Source of the DNA: an uncultured Bacteriovoracaceae bacterium
Lineage (GTDB): Bacteria; Bdellovibrionota; Bacteriovoracia; Bacteriovoracales; Bacteriovoracaceae
Reading direction: 5' to 3'
DNA length: 64,000 nt
NCBI GenBank assembly: GCA_964423165.1
Contig: CAYRDP010000007.1
Location: 283-64,282, forward strand
The notes under the pieces were generated by a model, which had not been told where the DNA came from, made no database searches, and saw only the letters and a program-made list of their open reading frames with translations. This document shows positions 26,258 to 35,226 of the stretch, one piece after another. The first letter of the stretch is position 1. Each line of letters starts with the position of its first letter. The position numbers were made by a program, and so were the translations under genes.

Positions 26258-26800
26258 TTATCTTACCATTGTGAAAATGCCAGAAAGATGGTGAGCTTTC
26301 TCTACTATATATGTGTTGATCAATCGAACGGGAACGCCGGCAACAACCTCGTTTTCATTTACATCCTTCGTTACTACTGCACCGGCACCTATAGTTGCAT
26401 TTTTTCCTATAGTGACTCCACATAAAATAATAGCACCACTGCCAATCGAAACGTTATCTTCTATTGTTGTATTAATGCAACTCCAGTCATCATCAGTTTG
26501 TTTTTTTCCATCTTGGTTTATCGCTTTTGGGAATTTGTCATTAATAAATATTACACCATATCCTATAAAGCATCCATTACCAATATTTACACCTTCACAT
26601 ATAAATGTATGTGAGCTTATTTTACATTTTTTTCCAATAGATGCCTTTTTTTGTATTTCTACAAATGTTCCAATTTGTGTTCCGTCACGAACAGAACAAC
26701 CATATAAATTATTAAATCCAAATAGTTTGACGTCTTTTCCTAGCTTTACATCATCGGAAATAAATATTGTACAAGAACGATCGTTGTCTTTTGCGCTCAT
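26258..26800 (-). CDS. Hexapeptide-repeat (left-handed beta-helix) acetyltransferase
   Basis: Repeated [LIV]-G-x4 hexapeptides: IGKKCKISSHTFICEGVNIGNGCFIGYGVIF...VSIGSGAIILCGVTIGKNATIGAGAVV. Confidence 0.75.
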   Translation of the reverse strand: MSAKDNDRSCTIFISDDVKLGKDVKLFGFNNLYGCSVRDGTQIGTFVEIQKKASIGKKCKISSHTFICEGVNIGNGCFIGYGVIFINDKFPKAINQDGKKQTDDDWSCINTTIEDNVSIGSGAIILCGVTIGKNATIGAGAVVTKDVNENEVVAGVPVRLINTYIVEKAHHLSGIFTMVR

Positions 26801-27422
26801 CTTTTTATCTGTATAAAAAGTTATAGATACAAATAATATCGATATTTTTGCGAATAATATTAGCTTTTATTAGTACTTTGAGCTTATTAGAATGGTTTAT
26901 TAAGGATTAAAATTGGCAATTTTAAAATAATATTCTACTTAAACTTCATGGTATTTGATCAGATTGTCTATAAAATCTACAGTATTAAACCTTAAGATAA
27001 CTGATTTGTGATTAGTTAACTGATGTCGTTTATTCTATCTTATTAATTGTAGTATAATTAAAGTAATAGGAGGGGCGATTTGTTACTATTATCTGCATTA
27101 TGATTGCCTGTGCGCTATTAACTATTAATTTGGTTCACAAAAGAACGCTTAATGCCATCGAGGAAAGAAGTAGTCAATCAATGGTTCACTCGCTTGAAAT
27201 ATAAGTAAGTCGTCCTGTAAGTATATATATGGAGGATTTATGTTTTAGGTAATAAGGTTTTAATCTGGTTTTTTACACTTCTATATCAAGGACCGACCTC
27301 ATCGTTAGTCCTTGTAATTAAAGAGTTTGTTATAATTAGGTAATTTTAATCTAATTTTTTTAAAAAAAAGTCCCGACATTTCAACTAAGTTATTTTAAAA
27401 CTCAAAAAAAAGGGGGGATTAC

Positions 27423-27851
27423 ATGAAATTACTTTCAGCGATGATGATATTTAGTTTTTTTTCGATAAGTTTTATTACTGGTGTCGGTGATGCAGTAGCA
27501 GGAAATAAATGGTGTAGGCTAGAATGCACTGGTAGTGGATGGGAAAAAAGAGATAATGGTGATTCTAGCCGATGCATTAAAGAAAAAACTCCAGCAAAAA
27601 GCAAGACTGTAAATGTTTTATGTAAGCCAGCTATTTATGTGAAGGGGTATAGGCTTTCACAAAAAAGTGGCAATACTAATGCTAAAAAGAAAGATTTATG
27701 CAAAAAAGGTAGCCAGACAAGGTCTGTCTCTTGCGCAGCCGTCGGCAGTGGGTGGGACTGTAAACTAAAGGCTTTGAATGGTTTGGATAATTGTGAGTGT
27801 ACAAAACCTGCAAGTTATGATTACAAAAAAGCAAAAAGAGATTGCGACTAG
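27423..27851 (+). CDS. Small secreted cysteine-rich protein
   Basis: It has a signal peptide and about 13 Cys in the roughly 115-aa mature part. An A8G6 tract (27404-27417) forms the RBS region. Confidence 0.55.
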   Translation: MKLLSAMMIFSFFSISFITGVGDAVAGNKWCRLECTGSGWEKRDNGDSSRCIKEKTPAKSKTVNVLCKPAIYVKGYRLSQKSGNTNAKKKDLCKKGSQTRSVSCAAVGSGWDCKLKALNGLDNCECTKPASYDYKKAKRDCD

Positions 27852-28200
27852 TTAAGTTTTCTTGATTCTTGCGCGCCGCCTACGTTACACTAACGAAAAC
27901 TGTTAGCGTAACGCAGGAAGGTTTGTTTATAAAGCTAAGCAAGCTATTTGGTGCAAGTGGGCCTAAGGAATTTGCCAAATATTACGCTTTGTGTATGATA
28001 AATCCGATTACGCACAAAGCGATGATTATGCTTTATGTCGACAGTGTGTGATGGCAGTGTCTTTAATAAAAATTCTATTGGCATTCTTTTGATAATTGAT
28101 TATTTGTTTCCCTCTGGCACTTAAAGAATACGTTCAAGTTTTTTCTGTTTTTCTTCTCACATTTATCCCACATGAAGTCGTTAATAATCATGAAAAACAG

Positions 28201-28452
28201 TTAAATACTGTGAACTAAGAAAGAAGGTAACAAAGAGACCACATTGGTATCTTTATTGGCATCTTTATCTGTAAATTTCTCAGGTAAATCATAGCCCAAT
28301 CGCTCAGTCTCACCTTGAAGATCTACCCCAGAAAGTCTTAAGTATTCATCAGTGGTTGCCATTTTAGAGTGGCCCACAATACTCATCACTTTCACAAGAG
28401 GCGCTCCTTGGGCCAGCATATTGGTAATAAATGTTGCCCGCAGGAGAAAGTA
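28201..28452 (-). pseudogene. Tyrosine recombinase (integrase) C-terminal remnant
   Basis: LAQGAPLVKVMSIVGHSKMATTDEYLR is the His/Tyr end of phage-type integrases. My upstream extension reads YFLLRATFITN (LR of the HxxR box) and then hits a stop at 28453-28455. About 84 of the usual 350+ codons remain. Confidence 0.7.
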
Positions 28453-28905
28453 TTATCTGGTCGATAGCAAAATCAAAAGGCGACCAATCTTTAAGGTATC
28501 CTGGAGAGGATGGAACTTATGAAGATAAGAGGATGAAGAAGCTTGGGATTTAGGCAAAAGAGCACTTTTTTGAAGATACTCTCTTCATATAATAGGTAAA
28601 ACTAAAACTCCGGTATTCTCTATTGGGCACTCTTTGTTGGAGTTACCCTTGGCCCTTTACAAAATTTGAATTTATTTTTTATTTGAAAGAAATCGGGACC
28701 GAGGATTATTATCAGGAAAAAAATAAAAAAATACCTTGAACCTGAGTGACAAGTACGTTATTCCATATTTGGAGTTCTTAAATGAAACTAATAAATCAAG
28801 TTATTGGAGTATCTTTAAAAAATGTCGCCCTACGCTTTCTGGATGTCAGTATCAAGAGAGAAAATTCAGATGATTGAAAATGATCAATTTAAATGGATTA
28901 ATTTA

Positions 28906-30006
28906 ATGCTCGTAACCAAATATTATATTGTAAATTTTTTAATTATTTCCGTATTATTGTCCTGTTCCTCTACGCAGGATCTGACATCAAGGGACCTTTC
29001 GAGTGAACGAAAAGAAAAATGGTTAGGAATTTCTTACCCTCCCTTGAGAATGAGAAAAATTCCACACCGCGATCTAACAGAACTGGAATTTTCAGAAGGG
29101 GTCATCGAGCGTCTTGACGTAAACTTGGTTACTTTTTCAGAGTACTGGGATGTACGGGAAGTGACCAAAGGCACTTTTAATTGGAAGAGCCTTGACCAGA
29201 GAATGGAATGGGTTAAAAGAAAAAAATTAGATTTACTTCTTCGAATCAATTCAACGGGCCCTAAATGGGCTTGTCAGGATTACCCTGCCCAAAACTCTCA
29301 TTCTTGTGTTTATAAAAGCGAGAGATACTTTGTAAGGTATATCGAGGCCATATTAAAACGCTATCCAAAATCAATTAAGCAAATTCAATTTGGTAACGAA
29401 TGGCAAACTCAAAAGAGATATGTGGGCACTGGGGAAGACTATTCTCGCTTTAATAACATTTTGTTTGATACTGTGAAGAGATTTGCCCCTAATATTAAAG
29501 TATCGTTGGGAGCATTTTCAATTGGATCTCTGCAGTGGCTTGCTGCCTGCTCTGGAAAAATCGAGGAATTTAGTAACGTGGAGTATTTTGGACCAGATAG
29601 GATAAAGCAACACTGTAAAAAGAAAAGATACATCAGAATGCGTGATAAAATTAAATACGTTCTGAAACACTCGAAATTTGATACCATAGATATTCACCTC
29701 TATGATGACGCTGAAAATTGGCCTATATATCATGCCCTAATTGCAAGTAGAACCTCAAAACCAATCGTAGTTAGTGAGTTTGGAGGGCCGAACTTATTTT
29801 TTGAGAATTATTCTGATGAATATCAAGCAAAACGTCTTCAAATTTATTTAGAGACACTTAAGAGTTTGGATATCCTCGAAGCATATTATTTCAAGTTGGT
29901 TGAAGCTGGACAAGCTCATCCTATGCACAAGAAATCGACTCTGTTTAATCGTAACTTTATAGAAAAGCCCGCTTTTATGACTTTTTGGAATTTCACTAAT
30001 CGCTAG
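28906..30006 (+). CDS. Lipoprotein, clan GH-A-like glycoside hydrolase candidate
   Basis: An internal ATG at 28906 gives MLVTKYYIVNFLIISVLLSC (lipobox). FGNEW and VVSEFGG are spaced like the acid/base and nucleophile Glu of (beta/alpha)8 GH-A enzymes. The track start is 28822. Confidence 0.4.
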   Translation: MLVTKYYIVNFLIISVLLSCSSTQDLTSRDLSSERKEKWLGISYPPLRMRKIPHRDLTELEFSEGVIERLDVNLVTFSEYWDVREVTKGTFNWKSLDQRMEWVKRKKLDLLLRINSTGPKWACQDYPAQNSHSCVYKSERYFVRYIEAILKRYPKSIKQIQFGNEWQTQKRYVGTGEDYSRFNNILFDTVKRFAPNIKVSLGAFSIGSLQWLAACSGKIEEFSNVEYFGPDRIKQHCKKKRYIRMRDKIKYVLKHSKFDTIDIHLYDDAENWPIYHALIASRTSKPIVVSEFGGPNLFFENYSDEYQAKRLQIYLETLKSLDILEAYYFKLVEAGQAHPMHKKSTLFNRNFIEKPAFMTFWNFTNR

Positions 30007-30220
30007 ATTATTGCAATCAATTAAAACCTTAGTGGACAGAAAGCTATTCTTTGAAATATCTACTTTCTTGAACTCAACACCTATTTTAAGGATTTGGCAT
30101 TTTAAATTAGGTCAACTCTCGTCAAGAGCATTTGTTAGCTTACGATATAATTCCCCGATCTTTTATAAGTAGTTCTGGCCAATTCTCTGTTACCAGACTT
30201 GTTACCAAAAGTTAGCAAGG

Positions 30221-30234
30221 CCCGACATGTCGGG
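30221..30234. repeat. Perfect 14-bp palindrome CCCGACATGTCGGG
   Basis: Read directly. It is a member of the CCCGACA motif family and lies 106 nt from the tRNA-Pro 3' end. Confidence 0.8.
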
Positions 30235-30339
30235 ACATTTCAGGACATGAGATAAGAATTTCATACTTCACTCTGTTGTGTTTTTAAGTAGTTAAAATTT
30301 TTGTGTTTTTTTGAATTTGGGAAAAAGGCCTAAAAAAAA

Positions 30340-30416
30340 TGGTCGGATCGACTGGATTTGAACCAGCGACCCCTATCCCCCCAGAATAGTGCGCTACCAA
30401 ACTGCGCTACGATCCG
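30340..30416 (-). tRNA. tRNA-Pro (anticodon GGG), CCA encoded
   Basis: Hand-folded reverse complement: cggatcg/ta/gcgc/agtttggta/gcgc/a/ctatt/ctGGGgg/gatag/gggtc/gctgg/ttcaaat/ccagt/cgatccg/a/cca. It is 77 nt, all four stems pair, and the T-loop is TTCAAAT. Confidence 0.9.
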
Positions 30417-30501
30417 ACTAATTATAGTCTATCATATTAATCAAACTAATTGATTTTGAAAAGTATACTTTATATTTTAAATGTTTAAACTATTAAAATA
30501 A

Positions 30502-30780
30502 ATGATTATGATTAAACAAAATGATAAAAAATGGTATGTGTATATAGTAGAAACTCAAGCGGGAAAGTTTTATACTGGAATTACGTTAGATTTAGTTAGA
30601 AGACTAGAAGAGCATAAAAACTCAAGTAAGGGCGCAAAGTTTTTTCGCTCAAGTCCAGCTAAAAAAATTTTATACACTGAAGAATGCTGTTCTCGATCTG
30701 AAGCACTAAAACGAGAATACAAAATAAAGCAATTAAGTAGACAAGAAAAAAATAAATTAATTGATCAACAAGGAAAATAG
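30502..30780 (+). CDS. GIY-YIG nuclease-superfamily small protein
   Basis: WYVYIVETQAGKFYTGITLDLVRRLEEHK is a GIY-YIG (UPF0213-type) motif. Confidence 0.7.
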   Translation: MIMIKQNDKKWYVYIVETQAGKFYTGITLDLVRRLEEHKNSSKGAKFFRSSPAKKILYTEECCSRSEALKREYKIKQLSRQEKNKLIDQQGK

Positions 30781-30781
30781 A

Positions 30782-32443
30782 ATGGAAAAAATTTGGGTAA
30801 AAAATTATGACAAAGGTGTTGCTCCAGAAATTGATTTGTCTGAATATGATTCTTTAGGACAAGTAATTCAGGAAGTCTTCGATAAATATTCAGATAAGCC
30901 AGCATTTCACAATATGGGAACAACATTAAGTTATGATCAGATTAGAATTGCAAGCTTAAAGTTTGCAAGCTATTTACAAAATGACTTAGGACTACAAAAA
31001 GGTGATCGAGTAGCATTAATGATGCCTAATATTTTACAATACCCAATTTGTTTATTTGGCATATTGCAAGCTGGTATGGTTGCAGTAAATGTAAACCCTT
31101 TGTATACCGCAAGAGAACTTGAACATCAATTAAATGATTCGGAGGCCAGCACAATTGTTATTTTTGATAATTCTGCCCATATCTTAGAAAGTATAGTTAG
31201 TAATACCAAAATAAAAAATATTATAACGACTGAAATAGGTGATTTGCTTAATTTTCCAAAATCTTTAATCGTTAATTTTGTTCTAAAATATGTCAAGAAA
31301 ATGGTTCCCAAATACTCATTAGAAAATGCCATTTCTATTAAAGATATTTTAGCTGAAGGAGATATATCATCTTTTAAAGCACCACAAGTTTTAAAAGAAG
31401 ATATTGCTTTTTTACAGTATACAGGTGGAACTACGGGAGTTTCAAAAGGTGCAATTTTAACTCATAGTAATATAATTGCAAACTTACTTCAGGCCAGAAC
31501 ATGGATCTCAAATCTTATCAGAAAAGGTGAAGAAATAATTATTACGCCTCTACCTCTTTATCATATATTTTCTTTGACAGCTAACTGCCTGGCTTTTTCT
31601 AGTGTTGGAGCATTAAATATTTTAATTACAAATCCAAGAGATTTGCCCGGTTTTATTAAAGAGCTAAAAAAATGGAAATTTACTGCCTTTACAGGAGTTA
31701 ATACATTATTTAATGGTCTTATCAATAATCCAGAATTCAAAAATATAGATTTTTCAAAATTAAGGCTAACTCTTGGTGGAGGTATGGCCGTACAGCAATC
31801 TGTCGCTGAAAAATGGAAAGAAGTAACAGGCGCACCACTGATTGAAGCTTATGGTCTTACAGAAACATCTCCTGCTGCTTGTATGAACCCAATGACGCTA
31901 GAGGCATTCAATGGAACTGTTGGGTTACCAATCTCATCAACAGAGGTGGCAATTAGAGGTGATGATAGCGAAGATAATTTACCAGTAGGGGAAGTCGGAG
32001 AAATTTGCATAAAAGGGCCTCAGGTAATGCAAGGATATTGGAATAGGCCTGAAGAAACAGATGAAGTAATGGATAGCGATGACTTTTTTAGAAGTGGAGA
32101 TATTGGCTTTATGGATGAGGCTGGTTACGTCAAAATTGTTGATCGGAAAAAAGATATGATTTTAGTTTCTGGGTTTAATGTCTTTCCAAATGAGATTGAA
32201 GATGTCATCTCAACTCATCCTAAAGTATTTGAGTCGGCCGCAGTTGGAGTTAAGGATGAAAAAAGTGGGGAAGTTGTAAAAATATTTATTGTTAAAAAGG
32301 ATCAAGATTTAACTGAAGATGAACTAAGAACACACTGCAAGAATAATTTAACTGGTTATAAATGTCCAAGATACTATGAGTTTAGAGATGAATTACCAAA
32401 ATCAAATGTAGGGAAAATTTTAAGAAAAGAATTAAGAGAGTAG
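30782..32443 (+). CDS. fadD: Long-chain fatty acid-CoA ligase
   Basis: AMP-binding motifs YTGGTTGVSKGA, GYGLTE-like YGLTETS, and GDIGFMDEAGYVKIVDRKKD. The ATG at 30782 is preferred over the track start 30761. Confidence 0.85.
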   Translation: MEKIWVKNYDKGVAPEIDLSEYDSLGQVIQEVFDKYSDKPAFHNMGTTLSYDQIRIASLKFASYLQNDLGLQKGDRVALMMPNILQYPICLFGILQAGMVAVNVNPLYTARELEHQLNDSEASTIVIFDNSAHILESIVSNTKIKNIITTEIGDLLNFPKSLIVNFVLKYVKKMVPKYSLENAISIKDILAEGDISSFKAPQVLKEDIAFLQYTGGTTGVSKGAILTHSNIIANLLQARTWISNLIRKGEEIIITPLPLYHIFSLTANCLAFSSVGALNILITNPRDLPGFIKELKKWKFTAFTGVNTLFNGLINNPEFKNIDFSKLRLTLGGGMAVQQSVAEKWKEVTGAPLIEAYGLTETSPAACMNPMTLEAFNGTVGLPISSTEVAIRGDDSEDNLPVGEVGEICIKGPQVMQGYWNRPEETDEVMDSDDFFRSGDIGFMDEAGYVKIVDRKKDMILVSGFNVFPNEIEDVISTHPKVFESAAVGVKDEKSGEVVKIFIVKKDQDLTEDELRTHCKNNLTGYKCPRYYEFRDELPKSNVGKILRKELRE

Positions 32444-32448
32444 GAATA

Positions 32449-34074
32449 TTAATTTTTATTGCACTTTTTTTTCATTTCCCACAGAAGATGGCCTATAAAT
32501 GGTCTTCGGCTTTCTTTAGTCGTTACCATTAATAATTTTGTAATTTTTAAATTTTCAGGATCAGAGAAAAGTAAGATAAGCATCTCTTGAATAAAGTTTG
32601 TTTTAAGAGTGATGTAATTATCAGTTCCCACACCTAGTTTTACTCCTTTCTTTTCCCACCAGGAAAAAGGATGGTCTTTATAGTCAGGAAGTGATCCTGT
32701 TAGTTTTAGATTTGAAGAAGGTAAAGCGATTAATGATACTTTTTTATTAATCATTCTGTTTAATACATCATGCTGATAATGTTCAATCTCTCTGGCCGTA
32801 TGAAATTTTACTTTAGTAAAGTCTACTTGTTCTTGGTTTGTTAGTGGAGTTCCAGAGAATAATTTTTCTTTGATGTTTTCATTACTCCAATTCATATCTT
32901 CTAATTCGAGGTAGTCAGAACTATCAGCAGCGATGGGTATTTTTTTGTTGTTTTGGCCTAGTGTTCTTTGGTACAATCTATGAAAATAAAAATTGGGGTT
33001 TATGCCAAGACTAATACCGTGCTCGAGAGTATCAATATGCCAAATGTTCATAGCATTATCTACTGCTTGAATTCCTTTCCTTAATATATTCCATGTTTCA
33101 CCATGATGGCTTCTTATACTAAATCCATTATAATGAAGCTTTCTAAGCCCTGATCTCATTTCTTCAAAGTGTTTTTTTCTAAATAATTCTTTTTCATCTC
33201 CGACAGTGTCAACTTCTTTTAAATATGGCCTTAAATAAGGATACTTTTTAAGAATTTCTAATATTTGATCAACTTGTCCATCAATATGTTCTTTTTTTGT
33301 TTTATAATTACTTCCATCATAGAAATCAAACTCTTTTCTAAAACAAGGTGATAAAACAAAATTGAATGCAGGATTCTTTTTCTTGAATTTATTAAAACCA
33401 CTATATAAACCTAAAATAACATCTTCTTCTGTAAGAGGTTTACCTGGTAGTTGTTCAGAACTAATATTGCTTGCCCTTGAAAGAGTAAATTTAAGCCTAA
33501 TATTACCTACGTTAAATTTCTTGTACAGTTCAGATGCCATATGAAAAGCAGCTTCTTCATGGATCTCTTTTGATGTTAAAATTAGTTTTGGCAAATATAA
33601 AATTTTTAAATACTCAGTGAACTTTTCATTATCTTTTAAGCAAATTAATTTCTCTACGTCTGACACGCTTTGAATAGGAATAGCATCTTCACCATAAACT
33701 TCTTTGATTTTTCGTTCATATATTTCACTATTATCCCCTTCTAGTAATTTTTTTATATGTGGATAAATGAATTCAGGTGTTAATGATCCTGTCAGATGAA
33801 TATGCTCTTCATGGTAGTGAAGTGGAAAAGTCTCAAAGAAATTAAATAATGCATTTGCAACTGGGTGAATTAATACTTTAGTAATACAAGTTAAATCTCT
33901 TTGGAAATCACTGAGTAATTCTTGGAATTCTTGAACGGATTGTAACAGTAGTTCATTTTGTTGTAATTTATTATTGAATGAAAGCAGTTCAAGCGTATGA
34001 TTGAGTGAGACTCCATTGGTTTCACTGATAATATCAATAATAAATTTATTTAATTTTCCTTGATCTAGCAACAT
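32449..34074 (-). CDS. Adenosine/AMP deaminase-family metallohydrolase
   Basis: HIHLTGS, SHHGETW, LEHGISL and VGTDN correspond to the HxH, HAGE, HG and TDD motifs of the adenosine deaminase fold. Confidence 0.5.
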   Translation of the reverse strand: MLLDQGKLNKFIIDIISETNGVSLNHTLELLSFNNKLQQNELLLQSVQEFQELLSDFQRDLTCITKVLIHPVANALFNFFETFPLHYHEEHIHLTGSLTPEFIYPHIKKLLEGDNSEIYERKIKEVYGEDAIPIQSVSDVEKLICLKDNEKFTEYLKILYLPKLILTSKEIHEEAAFHMASELYKKFNVGNIRLKFTLSRASNISSEQLPGKPLTEEDVILGLYSGFNKFKKKNPAFNFVLSPCFRKEFDFYDGSNYKTKKEHIDGQVDQILEILKKYPYLRPYLKEVDTVGDEKELFRKKHFEEMRSGLRKLHYNGFSIRSHHGETWNILRKGIQAVDNAMNIWHIDTLEHGISLGINPNFYFHRLYQRTLGQNNKKIPIAADSSDYLELEDMNWSNENIKEKLFSGTPLTNQEQVDFTKVKFHTAREIEHYQHDVLNRMINKKVSLIALPSSNLKLTGSLPDYKDHPFSWWEKKGVKLGVGTDNYITLKTNFIQEMLILLFSDPENLKITKLLMVTTKESRRPFIGHLLWEMKKKCNKN

Positions 34075-34076
34075 AT

Positions 34077-35156
34077 TTAACCTTTCTTTTCTTTTATTAG
34101 TTCAAATGCTTCCTGTAAAATAATAAAATTATCATTTGCAAGTTTTATATGTTTTTCAGGTAGTCCCATTCCAGATAGGCGATCTGGGTGCTTTTTATTA
34201 GCTAATATTTTGTATTTTCTTTTTATAATTTTAAAATCATCATCTTGAGTTATTCCTAATACTCGGCATGCACCAACTAAATCATTTCTTCCCTGCAGCG
34301 GAGGTAACGGTCTGAGACCATTGAAGACAAATCCTTGCTCTAGCAAATTTGAAGTTAATGTATCAAGAGTAATAAACTCCTTGCCTGAAACTATATTTAA
34401 GTACGAAAAAATTTGATTATTAATTTCCTGAGAAGAAAGTTGTTTAAATTTGCTTTTTCCTGACAATAAGGAAGAATATATCTCTTGGTGAGTATGGCCG
34501 GAGTTGGTGAGAATTTCTATTTCGAGGGCATTTAAAATATCTTGAGCTGTAACCTGTCCTTTTTGAGCAATTTGATGTGCCAATCGAGATTCTTCAGAGT
34601 TGATTTCATCTATCAGAGCAGAAATAAAAACCTTAGTTTTAAACAGGGAGTAGATTTCATTAAAAGAAGGCAAACTTGTTTTGTTTAAGGTTAAGACAAT
34701 ATCATTATTTATGATTTGTTTAAAGGAGTTACTAATTTTAGTGATGTCAATATCTATCTTGAAGCGTGTTTGGAAAAATTTATTTAATTCAACAAACATG
34801 GGGCCGTCTCCCCATTGCAAATGATCCAAAAGGTTCATTACTTTTTGAAGGTCTTTCACTCTCTTTTCATTCTTCTTCTTTGATTGTTTTTCAAGTTCTT
34901 TACTATATCTCTCTTCTGTCAATGAAGAATATCTTTTCTTGGATGACTTGGGTTTATTTGTACTTACTCCATGTTTTTGACGAAATAGAGAACTTTGTCT
35001 CTCAATCATCCTCTCTATATTATGTTTATTTTTCTTTTTGCCTGAAAATAAATTAGAAAGAAATGGCCGTAGAAATACTGCCATCATTTTACCTATGACA
35101 AAAACAAGAAATAGGGATAAAAAGACTTTAGTTATTATTTCAGTTTTTGATATCAT
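34077..35156 (-). CDS. Membrane-anchored J-domain co-chaperone (DjlA-like)
   Basis: It has an N-terminal TM helix and a C-terminal J domain with an HPD motif (IKRKYKILANKKHPDRL). Confidence 0.65.
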   Translation of the reverse strand: MISKTEIITKVFLSLFLVFVIGKMMAVFLRPFLSNLFSGKKKNKHNIERMIERQSSLFRQKHGVSTNKPKSSKKRYSSLTEERYSKELEKQSKKKNEKRVKDLQKVMNLLDHLQWGDGPMFVELNKFFQTRFKIDIDITKISNSFKQIINNDIVLTLNKTSLPSFNEIYSLFKTKVFISALIDEINSEESRLAHQIAQKGQVTAQDILNALEIEILTNSGHTHQEIYSSLLSGKSKFKQLSSQEINNQIFSYLNIVSGKEFITLDTLTSNLLEQGFVFNGLRPLPPLQGRNDLVGACRVLGITQDDDFKIIKRKYKILANKKHPDRLSGMGLPEKHIKLANDNFIILQEAFELIKEKKG

Positions 35157-35226
35157 GAATTACTATATATAAGTTAATATGTTAATATTATATAAAAGAA
35201 AGAGTCGTTCTACTAGGAAGGATTAA

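Noticed and set aside
27880-27925. Imperfect inverted repeat ctacgttacactaac / gttagcgtaacgcag downstream of the Cys-rich gene
   Set aside because: It matches at 13 of 15 positions and has no T-tract. It could be a weak terminator or a chance structure. The GTTAGCG similarity to sequences near 5602-5620 and 30211 is too short to interpret.
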